DNA of 64,000 nucleotides. It comes from an uncultured Kofleriaceae bacterium. GTDB taxonomy: Bacteria > Myxococcota_A > Polyangia > Haliangiales > Haliangiaceae. The position numbers were made by a program, and so were the translations under genes. Positions 48,898 through 57,584 of the stretch are shown here, in pieces. The notes under the pieces are model-generated. The model was not told the DNA's origin. It ran no database searches and worked only from the letters and a program-made list of their open reading frames with translations. Position 1 is the stretch's first letter, and every line of letters starts with the position of its first letter. The stretch lies in contig CAYPIX010000005.1 in assembly GCA_964410875.1 (NCBI GenBank), positions 4,721 to 68,720 of the forward strand, given 5' to 3'.

Positions 48898-50185
48898 TGC
48901 ACACGCTTTCCGCACCTACTTAGAACGCCAAGTCGATGCAAGAGGGCTAGCTGCCTTTCGCCTTCTTTTTGGCCTTTTAATGTGCTTCGCTGTGGTGCGT
49001 TTCTGGAGCAAAGGGTGGATACATGAACTCTACATCAGCCCCTCCTACCATTTTTCATATTGGGGCCAAGACTGGATAAAACCGTGGCCAGGCATCGGGA
49101 TGTACATCCACTTTTCGGTGATGGGCCTGGCATCTCTTGCGCTTGCAGCAGGTCTTCGTCCACGTCTGTCAGCTGCTATTTTATTTTTTGCTTTCACATA
49201 CGTCGAACTAATAGACAAAGCGACGTACCTAAACCATTACTATCTAGTCAGCCTCCTTTCCCTCCTGCTCTGTTTTTTGCCGACAGGAAACGTTTGGGCC
49301 ATGACCTCCCCCCATCAGGGTAAATCGGGAACCGTACCGTTCTGGTGCTATCTCTTACTGCGAGCGCAGGTTGCCTTAGTGTATTTCTTTGCGGGCTTAG
49401 CAAAAGTCGGCCACGACTGGATATTGAACGCAGAGCCTCTCCAAACCTGGCTACAAGCCTATCTTGAGATACCTTTCATCGGCCAGTTGCTAACTCAGCG
49501 TTGGGTCGCCTATGCAATGAGTTGCTTCGGACTTTTTTTCGATCTTACGATTTTTATTTGGCTGCTTATTCCCAAGACCCGCCGTGTCGCTTACTTGGTA
49601 TGCGTGGTCTTTCACATATCCATCTGGTTACTTTTTCCCGTAGGGATTTTCTCGTGGGTCATGCTGATTTCCGCGACGCTATTTTTCGCGCCTGATTGGC
49701 CCAGATACCCGCACAACCAAGAAACTTACTCCGAACCTGTATCAGACAAAAAGTTTCCCTGGCCCGCCATCGCGGCTTCCGTCATTTTCCTCGCCCTTCA
49801 GATTGCTTTACCCCTTAGACACTATTTTTATCCCGGGACAACCAACTGGACCGAGAGAGGGTACCGTTTTGCCTGGCGCGTCATGCTCATTGAAAAAACC
49901 GGTCTCGTCGACTTCACTGTTCGCACCGAGAAAACTTCTTTTACTCACTACCCTAGACAGTCCCTCACGCCTTTGCAGGTCAAAATGATGGCAACCCAAC
50001 CCGACATGATTCAGCAGTACGCCCAACACCTTGCAGCTGAGTACCGTCTATTGGGCCATAGCAACGTGGTGGTTTACGCAAACTCCTGGGCGTCCCTCAA
50101 CGGTCGCCCTTCCCAAAAGCTTCTTCGGGATGACGCGGACCTGGTTACGGTACCGCTCTCAGAAGCACTGGTTCCTTTACGCTAA
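48887..50185 (+). CDS. HTTM-domain (vitamin K carboxylase-like) membrane protein
   Basis: 432-aa polytopic ORF whose N-terminus GLAAFRLLFGLLMCFAVVRFW...GWIHELY is typical of HTTM domains. Confidence 0.75.
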   Translation: MVIDAHAFRTYLERQVDARGLAAFRLLFGLLMCFAVVRFWSKGWIHELYISPSYHFSYWGQDWIKPWPGIGMYIHFSVMGLASLALAAGLRPRLSAAILFFAFTYVELIDKATYLNHYYLVSLLSLLLCFLPTGNVWAMTSPHQGKSGTVPFWCYLLLRAQVALVYFFAGLAKVGHDWILNAEPLQTWLQAYLEIPFIGQLLTQRWVAYAMSCFGLFFDLTIFIWLLIPKTRRVAYLVCVVFHISIWLLFPVGIFSWVMLISATLFFAPDWPRYPHNQETYSEPVSDKKFPWPAIAASVIFLALQIALPLRHYFYPGTTNWTERGYRFAWRVMLIEKTGLVDFTVRTEKTSFTHYPRQSLTPLQVKMMATQPDMIQQYAQHLAAEYRLLGHSNVVVYANSWASLNGRPSQKLLRDDADLVTVPLSEALVPLR

Positions 50186-50529
50186 TTTTCTCTTTGCGCT
50201 TGGCAACTTACGCATAAGCGAGACTCGGGCCGAGCCAGCAGCCGCCGGTGGTCAATAGCTTCTTCACAGTCACTGCAAAGACCAAAGTCCTCATCGTCAA
50301 TTCGTAGAAGGGTCTTTTCCACTTGAGCCAAACGATGCTGTTGCCCTTCCCGTCCCGCTTCAATCATCTTTTGTTGTTGGATCGCATCAATTCGAGAAAC
50401 TCGCCCCATAGCAGCTTGATCCAGCTCTACAGGCGCGGCGGAGGTGCTTGATATCGCCAGTGCAGCCCGCAGCTCCTCGCGTAGCTCTATCAGGCGCTGT
50501 TTGATCTCTTTTCTTCCGTTCTCTTCCAA
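50182..50529 (-). CDS. TraR/DksA-family C4 zinc-finger protein
   Basis: 115-aa ORF with a coiled-coil N-terminus and CSDCEEAIDHRRLLARPESRLCVSCQ. Confidence 0.85.
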   Translation of the reverse strand: MEENGRKEIKQRLIELREELRAALAISSTSAAPVELDQAAMGRVSRIDAIQQQKMIEAGREGQQHRLAQVEKTLLRIDDEDFGLCSDCEEAIDHRRLLARPESRLCVSCQAQREN

Positions 50530-50555
50530 AAAACGACCATACCACGCTCATTTAG

Positions 50556-53390
50556 TTAGCTCGCTCGCTCAAGAATCTCAGTATCCAGCGAAAGGTGCAG
50601 CGCCTTAAGTAAGTGTAAACGGCTCATGGGCTTCGGCAGAAAAACATCCGCACCGAGCTCCGCCGCAGCTCGGAAATGTTCTGAATCGATGGAGTTGCTA
50701 TGGACCACGATTGCCGAATTTGGATTGGTAGTCCGAAGTCTACGAACAACCGACAGACCCGACTCTTGTTCGCCTAGCTCTATATCGACGATGAACAAGT
50801 CAGCCACGAAGAGGCCTAAATCCTTAGCGCCAAAGAATCCGTGAACATCCACGAAATCTGCGAGTTTAGAGCTCGCAACCTGTTGAGCTAAGTATTTCTG
50901 ATAGATGGCCTCATCATCAATAACGGCGAGTCTTAACCCCTCTCCGTGCCCCTTCAATTTTGCCAACAAGAGATTCTCGGTATGTATTAGATCATCTTGT
51001 CTTTCAGGGGCTTTCAACACTCGACCCATAAAAGGCAGGTGACGGGAAACGACCTCTCGACACGACGACGGCAACCTCGTTGCAAGCTCGGTATCTTTTT
51101 GGCCCGCGGGCAACTGAAGCCAAAATTCTGCTCCCGTAGCCTTGCTCCGTGCCCCAATTTTTCCGCCGTGCGCTTCTACGATTTTTCTCGCTATTGCTAA
51201 CCCGAGCCCCGTTCCCTGACTTTTTCCTTTTGTAAAAAGCGGATCGAATACTAGTTCCAAGTCCCCGGGTTCGATGCCATGACCGGTATCGGAAACCACC
51301 ACTTCGACGAATTGCTTGTCACCCATCGTTCTATCCGACGTTTTTAATGAGACAGTTCCTCTATCTTTCATAGCCTCTATGGCATTGGTAACTAAATTAC
51401 TGATAACTCGGAGTAGCCGAACCTCATCCGCGAGAACTTCGTGCGTGTGGTCAAATTGGTAGGAAAAGTCCACATCACTATCGGCTTTAACCCGTGCAAC
51501 CTGGTGAACGGCAGCGTTGAGAACACTCGATAGAGGAATACTTGTAGAGATCACCTTTTCCTTTCGATCCATCTCCAAAACGTCTTCAATCAAGGCCTCC
51601 ACAGACGTTACCGACCGCTCTAGTTCTCCCTGAAACTCAGAAGCCAGTTCTTTAAACTCTGCTGGATTTTCGATTTGTCCAAGCGACTCGACTAATACTT
51701 TCAGGATCGAAAACGGTTGGCGGACATCATGCGCAAACATCCGGGTTAATCGCCCAATGGCCGCAGCACGCTGCTCGGCAGCATATCGCTGGCGCGAAAT
51801 TCGAATGGATTTAGCCGTAACAAAATGCGTTAACAGCATTCGCAATGCGGTCTGATGAAGAGCTTCAGTCGCTAAGTCCACGTCGCGCAATAGAATCCCC
51901 ACCGCAATTGGCTGTTCGACCTCGTCCGTGGTCGGACCTGTGCACCCAATAAACAATGCGCCATCGTCTCCAACGAGTCGAACATCGCCGTCTGTTGCAC
52001 TCGGCATAGAAAGGCTTTCACCTCCCAATTTCCTGAGCGCTGTAGCTCTAAGTTCTTCGGCACTACCAGAAACCAAAACACAATCGCTTGCAAACGTCCT
52101 CCCTAACGCAGAGATAAGGCGTTCTTCCGTAAATGGCAGTTCCAGGCTAAAACCAAAGCTAGAAGACAGAGCGCTGCTAAGTCGGTGACCGAGGCGGTAA
52201 AAAGTCGCTTCTTGAGGCGCCGATGTTGGTCTATCACAAGAAATAGCATAGCGGTGCGCGTTCTCGAACAACCATGACAGGTATCGTGTTCCCATTCCGC
52301 TACATGGCTGACAAAGGGCGGCGTCCACATTGTCCAAGCTTTTGACGTAGTAGGCTGGATTTCCATATTCGGCGCAATACCTTCGACCTTCCAAGACAGA
52401 TTCCGAGGCAGCCACACGATCTCCCAAAAGTAATTGCGTAAGAGCCACCAGACGAAAGTGAATCGTCCAATCCAGTGGGTCCTCGGTTTGGAGTGCGGCT
52501 TTACGAGACTGGCTAATTGCTGTGTTGGCCTCTTCTTCGCGACCTTCCGCGGCATGAAGAACGCTGAGCCAACCATAGATTTGTATGTGGTGCCGACTGG
52601 CGACTAAACCAAAACTCTGTGCAAAACAACGATCGATCAGCCGTCGCAGTGCCGCAAAATCGCCGTTTTCAAAAGCAACATTTTGAAGCGTAGTAAGAGC
52701 GAGCAAACGATAGAATGCGTTCTCCCCCGCGTAACGGGCGAGAAACAAGCGATGATAGTGATGGGATCTTGATGGGTTTCCGTTCATCGAGTACGCGATT
52801 GCTAGCAACGGGTAGTTCTGTGCCAAACATTCCGTGTCGTTTCGCTTATGAAGTACCGCAAGAGCCCTCCGAAGCAAAGGAATCCCAATCCAACCGCCAC
52901 CCCCGTATGCGTGCGAATACCCTAACCAAGACAGTGCCCTCGCTGTTTCAGTTTCATTTTCTGCACAGCAAAGCAAAAACAACGCATGGCTCCTGCATGT
53001 ACGAATATCTTTCCAGAAGTGCGCAAACTCAACAGCTCTTACATGAGTAAAATTTGCAAACGGACGTAGCCGCCAACGCAAACAAAATGCCATAAGGCCT
53101 ACACATATCCGGAAAGCTCTTCCACCCTTGGTAACGAACAAAAAGAGCGACCAAAGCCAAACAGAAACAACCGACAAATCTGGCAGGCCAATATGAATGG
53201 CAAGCTTGTCGGCCCACCGAATCGCATCGCCATGTTTCGAAACGATAGCGTACTCCGAGATGATTCGAGCCAATACGGTCGCCTGATCTCGAGCGTTCTT
53301 AGTATTGGTAGACAGTTCTTTATATTGCCTGATCCGCACCGCCGAGTCCGACTCGGACTCGACTTGTGTAAGCCGCGACTCGAAACTCAC
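50556..53390 (-). CDS. Hybrid sensor histidine kinase with a C-terminal receiver domain
   Basis: 944-aa ORF with H box FAHDVRQPFS, N box NLVTNAIEAM, G1 VSDTGHGI and G2 GTGLGLAIARKIVEAHGG. A receiver follows (VIDDE...IVDIELGE...FLPKP). The large N-terminal helical region is unrecognised. Confidence 0.9.
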   Translation of the reverse strand: MSFESRLTQVESESDSAVRIRQYKELSTNTKNARDQATVLARIISEYAIVSKHGDAIRWADKLAIHIGLPDLSVVSVWLWSLFLFVTKGGRAFRICVGLMAFCLRWRLRPFANFTHVRAVEFAHFWKDIRTCRSHALFLLCCAENETETARALSWLGYSHAYGGGGWIGIPLLRRALAVLHKRNDTECLAQNYPLLAIAYSMNGNPSRSHHYHRLFLARYAGENAFYRLLALTTLQNVAFENGDFAALRRLIDRCFAQSFGLVASRHHIQIYGWLSVLHAAEGREEEANTAISQSRKAALQTEDPLDWTIHFRLVALTQLLLGDRVAASESVLEGRRYCAEYGNPAYYVKSLDNVDAALCQPCSGMGTRYLSWLFENAHRYAISCDRPTSAPQEATFYRLGHRLSSALSSSFGFSLELPFTEERLISALGRTFASDCVLVSGSAEELRATALRKLGGESLSMPSATDGDVRLVGDDGALFIGCTGPTTDEVEQPIAVGILLRDVDLATEALHQTALRMLLTHFVTAKSIRISRQRYAAEQRAAAIGRLTRMFAHDVRQPFSILKVLVESLGQIENPAEFKELASEFQGELERSVTSVEALIEDVLEMDRKEKVISTSIPLSSVLNAAVHQVARVKADSDVDFSYQFDHTHEVLADEVRLLRVISNLVTNAIEAMKDRGTVSLKTSDRTMGDKQFVEVVVSDTGHGIEPGDLELVFDPLFTKGKSQGTGLGLAIARKIVEAHGGKIGARSKATGAEFWLQLPAGQKDTELATRLPSSCREVVSRHLPFMGRVLKAPERQDDLIHTENLLLAKLKGHGEGLRLAVIDDEAIYQKYLAQQVASSKLADFVDVHGFFGAKDLGLFVADLFIVDIELGEQESGLSVVRRLRTTNPNSAIVVHSNSIDSEHFRAAAELGADVFLPKPMSRLHLLKALHLSLDTEILERAS

Positions 53391-54160
53391 TTATCCGCCC
53401 AAATTTGCACGTATTGTAGTTCTCCCTGCTTTGCGAGCTTTGCCATGCGCCCAAACGCAAGTCGAAACTGCCTGAGAACCGCTGCGTTACCTTCATACGA
53501 CGGTAGAGAAATGGTCCGAAGGTAATCGCTAAACCCGTCGAAAACCTGGGAAGACAGATCTTGGATTTCGACATTCTTGTACCCACACGTTGTTAGCTCA
53601 CTATTGTAGGTGTCCAAAGACCAAGCGTGACCAAGAGCGGGACGCAAAAGAGGGTTGTTTCGCACATTGTCTTCGTTTGTCACGCAGATTTCCAAAAGCA
53701 ACATGCTCTTTGCCCGTTTAGCCACGTTACGATAAAGGTTTCGTTTATTTTCAAAATGAAAAGCTGCTTCTACAGACATAAACAGGTCCGCTTTCCAATC
53801 CTCTTTGGCGTGCTCCTCAACCGAACCATATTGATACTCCGTGTTTCCGACACCCTGGTTTAAAGCACGGGCGGCATCAATTTGTTTTTGGGATACGTTC
53901 ACCCCTGTGTAGTGAGCATTTGGAAACACCTCCGCAACCAATTGCCGGCTTCCGCCCCACCCACTACCTGCATCTACGACTACTTGAATCGTATGATTGG
54001 AGGCACGGACTCTATTAAGGCCATTGAGTACCAGCGTTTCTTGCGCACTCCGCAATGTCTGAGACGGCCACAGCCCCATATTCATATGCCCAGAGAGAGA
54101 AGGACAAAGGGTCCGGTACGAATGCTCTGTTCCTTCATAGTAAGCGGCGGCTTGATTCAT
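53387..54160 (-). CDS. Class I SAM-dependent methyltransferase
   Basis: Start at MNQAAAYYEG forms an ATGA overlap with the upstream stop. It has MNMGLW and the SAM motif VVDAGSGWGGS. Confidence 0.8.
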   Translation of the reverse strand: MNQAAAYYEGTEHSYRTLCPSLSGHMNMGLWPSQTLRSAQETLVLNGLNRVRASNHTIQVVVDAGSGWGGSRQLVAEVFPNAHYTGVNVSQKQIDAARALNQGVGNTEYQYGSVEEHAKEDWKADLFMSVEAAFHFENKRNLYRNVAKRAKSMLLLEICVTNEDNVRNNPLLRPALGHAWSLDTYNSELTTCGYKNVEIQDLSSQVFDGFSDYLRTISLPSYEGNAAVLRQFRLAFGRMAKLAKQGELQYVQIWADK

Positions 54161-54957
54161 GCTGCGGCCCTCCAATTGGTTCGTTCTCGTAATTTTCTCA
54201 ACGCGTGGACAAGACACCGTTGGGTTACTTTCTTTTGCCTGGCAACGACACCTTGGCTAGAAAACAAACTCACTTCTTTATGCCCACCGTCAATCCCAAA
54301 CTGTTGCAGAAGCGGCGCAGGAGAAAGCAAGCGCCCTAAATTCTTCGTCGCCACTCGCGTAGCGTCCATGACCTCATCACATGTCATGCGCCCATCAAAA
54401 ACCAGGTCCGTCAAGATCTGAAGGCCATTGTCCTGGTGTCTTGATTCTTCGAAGAGTATCTGCCGATCGAGCGATGCAGTTGAAGTGCCAGAAAAGGCTG
54501 ATGCTCTAGCGGAGAACATGCCCATCGCTAGGCTTTCCAATACTATAAAAGCAGTAACTGCGTTTTCTTCTACCGAACCCGAGGCAACAAATGCCTGATG
54601 AAGGTCCTCTGGTTTCTTGTTCGAAAAAGAGACTGGCAAACGGTCCAGCAGGCGTTTGTATGCAGCCACGTGCCGTGCCTCGTCGATCGACTGTTCTGCC
54701 AAAGCGGGAATCGCGTCATATGATCCCAAGCGCGACGTCATCTCTCCGAGCAGCTGCAACCCGACTAGTTCAAAGAGATAGGTCTCGTTGATAAAGAATG
54801 TGTATTCGGCAACGGCAACCTCTTCTGGATCGGCGAACTTCTTTCGAGTCGAGAACGAATGAAGCAACGTAGAATTCTCTACGAGGTCTTTCATTGGTGG
54901 CACCTCAATCGAATCAACTAATCCAGAGTATGGATTCTCTGCGGCTAAGAACTCCAT
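54157..54957 (-). CDS. Ferritin-like di-iron carboxylate protein (putative oxygenase)
   Basis: 266-aa ORF with two E...EXXH pairs: FELVG...DEARH and LESLA...EESRH. Confidence 0.65.
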   Translation of the reverse strand: MEFLAAENPYSGLVDSIEVPPMKDLVENSTLLHSFSTRKKFADPEEVAVAEYTFFINETYLFELVGLQLLGEMTSRLGSYDAIPALAEQSIDEARHVAAYKRLLDRLPVSFSNKKPEDLHQAFVASGSVEENAVTAFIVLESLAMGMFSARASAFSGTSTASLDRQILFEESRHQDNGLQILTDLVFDGRMTCDEVMDATRVATKNLGRLLSPAPLLQQFGIDGGHKEVSLFSSQGVVARQKKVTQRCLVHALRKLRERTNWRAAA

Positions 54958-54960
54958 CGG

Positions 54961-55368
54961 CTACTCCTCCCAAAAAAGAGGTCGTACCCAATCCGGGCAG
55001 GCGATGGGTTTGCCCGTGGCGGTGGATACAACAGCGAAGCGAAGAGTGCCGGCGCTCACAGTCTTCCCTTCTCTAGTCATTTCGAACGGAACACTAAGAA
55101 CAGAACCTTCGAGACTTTCCACCCAAGATTTACAGTCCACGTCGCCAACACCTATCAGAGGCCTTTTGAAATGCATGTCTGCATGGGACAGATAAAAACC
55201 AACTCCTTTTTTTGCTATCGAAGCAAAGTCCACATCTAGAACTTCTTTCGCGAAGAGAAAACGCGAGGAGATGATGTAGTCCAGGTAGAGCGACGAGTTT
55301 ACGTGCCCGTACGGATCAAGATCTGCGAAACGGACCCCGATATTCTTTTGATATATAATTGGTTTCAT
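54961..55368 (-). CDS. Hotdog-fold acyl-CoA/acyl-ACP thioesterase (YbgC/4HBT-like)
   Basis: 135-aa ORF with VRFADLDPYGHVNSSLYLDYI. Confidence 0.8.
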   Translation of the reverse strand: MKPIIYQKNIGVRFADLDPYGHVNSSLYLDYIISSRFLFAKEVLDVDFASIAKKGVGFYLSHADMHFKRPLIGVGDVDCKSWVESLEGSVLSVPFEMTREGKTVSAGTLRFAVVSTATGKPIACPDWVRPLFWEE

Positions 55369-55790
55369 ACAGCCTCCCTAGATGCAGTGCATCGTCCCAA
55401 TAAAACATCCATTGGAACGGGTCCTTTTCCAACGACCAAATCGAACGCCTCGAGCTCGTGGGGGAAAAAATGCCCATTCGAGCTAAGAACTAATCGGGTA
55501 CTAGGAGATACACTACGAAGCTGTCGAGCAAGACCGATGCCAGTCTGTTTCTGGTCACGGAAACGGTTGTCGATAACCACGGCATCTAGCCTCAGCAGGA
55601 AGTTCCTGTCGCCTGTAGCCCGCTCCCAAAAATCCGATGGGGAATCGAAACAATGCAATACGGCCTTACCTCGCATACGCAAGAGCCAAGCTATCTGGAA
55701 CGCACGCGAGTCCTCGACTAGCGCGAGTTCTAGGTCCTCTCCATCCCGGAACATAGAAAACGGGTAACATGCAGTGTTGGGGTACTCCAC
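55365..55790 (-). CDS. Single-domain CheY-like receiver protein
   Basis: 141-aa ORF with LALVED, AVVIDNRF (phospho-acceptor Asp position), VLSSNG and VVGKGP matching receiver landmarks. Confidence 0.6.
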   Translation of the reverse strand: MEYPNTACYPFSMFRDGEDLELALVEDSRAFQIAWLLRMRGKAVLHCFDSPSDFWERATGDRNFLLRLDAVVIDNRFRDQKQTGIGLARQLRSVSPSTRLVLSSNGHFFPHELEAFDLVVGKGPVPMDVLLGRCTASREAV

Positions 55791-55916
55791 TAACAGGGAC
55801 TTCCGTGAACCAACGCTTTGGTTCTAGGCTGGACGTATTCGTCCACCGCGCCTGGACCATTCTGACCACGTATTTTTTTGGCTACAAATGCAAAGCAGTC
55901 CGTTACTTTCTAGTGG

Positions 55917-56822
55917 ATGGGACTCAAACGGTACGACGCATCTAGTGAACCTGGAGCAATGAGCTCAGCTCTAGAACAAGACGGCGCAGTCGTCATACGT
56001 GATCTACCTCATACGAAATCAGTCGCACCAGCAGGAGACGAACTAGCGAAGTGGTTGTCTCAACCTTATGACCAAAGCCCGATGGGCAATAACCCTTTTA
56101 CCGGTATGCAGACCCTTCGAACCTCGGGGCTCATCGCCAAATCTCCTGGATGTCGTTTACTTGCCACAGACCCAACTGTTCTAAAAGTAGTGGACCAAAC
56201 TCTCGGGTCACTATGCTCTCGATTTCAACTGAGTTTCACCCAGGCCATCAAAATTGGCCCCGGCCAACCTGCACAACCTCTTCACCGTGACACGACAATG
56301 TATCCGCTAAAAAGACCTGGGCCCGAGGTTTTCGTCAATGTGATCTGGGCCCATAGCGACTTCACAGAAGAAAACGGTGCCACGCGCTTTATACTCGGCA
56401 GCCATTTGTGGGACGACAGCCGACGCCCCGGAAAAGAAGACGCTATCGTACAGGCGACCATGAACAAAGGAGACGCTGTGGTGTATTACGGCTCGGTTCT
56501 CCACGGCGGCGGGGCAAACACCAGTACGGATGCAATACGCCTAGGACTTGCTTTCGGATACACCCTTGGTTGGCTTAGACAGGAGGAAAACCAATACTTG
56601 GCCGTTCCCCCAGAGCTTGCAAAAACGTTTCCCGCTTCACTGCAGAGGCTGCTTGGCTACGCGGAACACTTCCCATTTATCGGTTGGCATGAAGGCCAAG
56701 ACCACGATGTGTTCCGCGGTGGTGAATTCAAAAAGAAATATGATGCAGGAACAATCCGGGGTGGCGAGTCAAAGTCCTTGACGGAGATTCTCACCGCGGG
56801 GGTTCCAGAGGACGGAAAATAA
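55917..56822 (+). CDS. PhyH-family Fe(II)/2-oxoglutarate dioxygenase
   Basis: 301-aa ORF with the facial triad PLHRDT ... SVLHGGGAN. It is divergent from the receiver/thioesterase operon. Confidence 0.8.
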   Translation: MGLKRYDASSEPGAMSSALEQDGAVVIRDLPHTKSVAPAGDELAKWLSQPYDQSPMGNNPFTGMQTLRTSGLIAKSPGCRLLATDPTVLKVVDQTLGSLCSRFQLSFTQAIKIGPGQPAQPLHRDTTMYPLKRPGPEVFVNVIWAHSDFTEENGATRFILGSHLWDDSRRPGKEDAIVQATMNKGDAVVYYGSVLHGGGANTSTDAIRLGLAFGYTLGWLRQEENQYLAVPPELAKTFPASLQRLLGYAEHFPFIGWHEGQDHDVFRGGEFKKKYDAGTIRGGESKSLTEILTAGVPEDGK

Positions 56823-56972
56823 CCAGAGTTTTGCCTCGCCGCGTCAATCCCAACAATACCAACTGCATGAAAAAAGCCATTACGAGTTAGTGCGAGCTGT
56901 CACGTAAAAACTGGGTGTCCATGCTACTACGTCCGCCACTAGGGCCCGACCTAAGGGAAGGTTTGGTTCCGA

Positions 56973-57584
56973 ATGGAGGAAAATATGAGGATGTACGAAC
57001 AAGGCGCCGCGCTTGCGCTTGCAACATGCGCGGAAGAAATTGCCCACGAGCTGGCAAACCCTGTAGCTGCGCTAGGAGTGCTCTTAGACGAAATCTCTGA
57101 GAAGAGCGTCGTTGACCAAGAGCTACACGACTTAGCGCGCGTAGAGTTCAACCGTCTGCGGGCACTCGTCGGAGACATGCGGTCGGTCGTGTCCCCTCCC
57201 CTCGCCGTCGAACTAGTTCCACTTGCGCACTTCATCTCTGAACTGGGATGCGATGTGAAGATTGGGGAACTTTGTCAATCCAACCCGGTGACTCATCCAA
57301 AAGGTTGGAGGGAACAAATTGCGAGACCAATCGCTGATTTATTGAATCGAAGCCGATTAGACTGGAAGCCGACTCTTTCTGTCGGCACGAAAACAACTCT
57401 AGACGTGGGCGCGGACGTAAGCAAACTGAAAGACAAGTTCGATGCTCTGCCTTGGCAGCAAGGCGCCCTCCGGTTAAGCGTCGCCCGTAGAATGCTTCGC
57501 GCTCACGGACACCAAGTCCGCATTGAAACGTCAGATGCTTTCTGCGGGATAAGGCTTCAGTTCAAAACGGAGAAGCAGTCATGA
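56973..57584 (+). CDS. Truncated histidine-kinase-like protein (DHp with H box, degenerate ATP-binding domain)
   Basis: 203-aa ORF with H box IAHELANPVAAL. I could not find G1/G2 boxes. It overlaps the NtrC-type gene by 4 nt. Confidence 0.55.
   Translation: MEENMRMYEQGAALALATCAEEIAHELANPVAALGVLLDEISEKSVVDQELHDLARVEFNRLRALVGDMRSVVSPPLAVELVPLAHFISELGCDVKIGELCQSNPVTHPKGWREQIARPIADLLNRSRLDWKPTLSVGTKTTLDVGADVSKLKDKFDALPWQQGALRLSVARRMLRAHGHQVRIETSDAFCGIRLQFKTEKQS

Noticed and set aside
55878-55892. TTGGCTACAAATGCA as a sigma-54 promoter for the PhyH gene
   Set aside because: The GG-to-GC spacing is two nucleotides shorter than the canonical -24/-12 arrangement.
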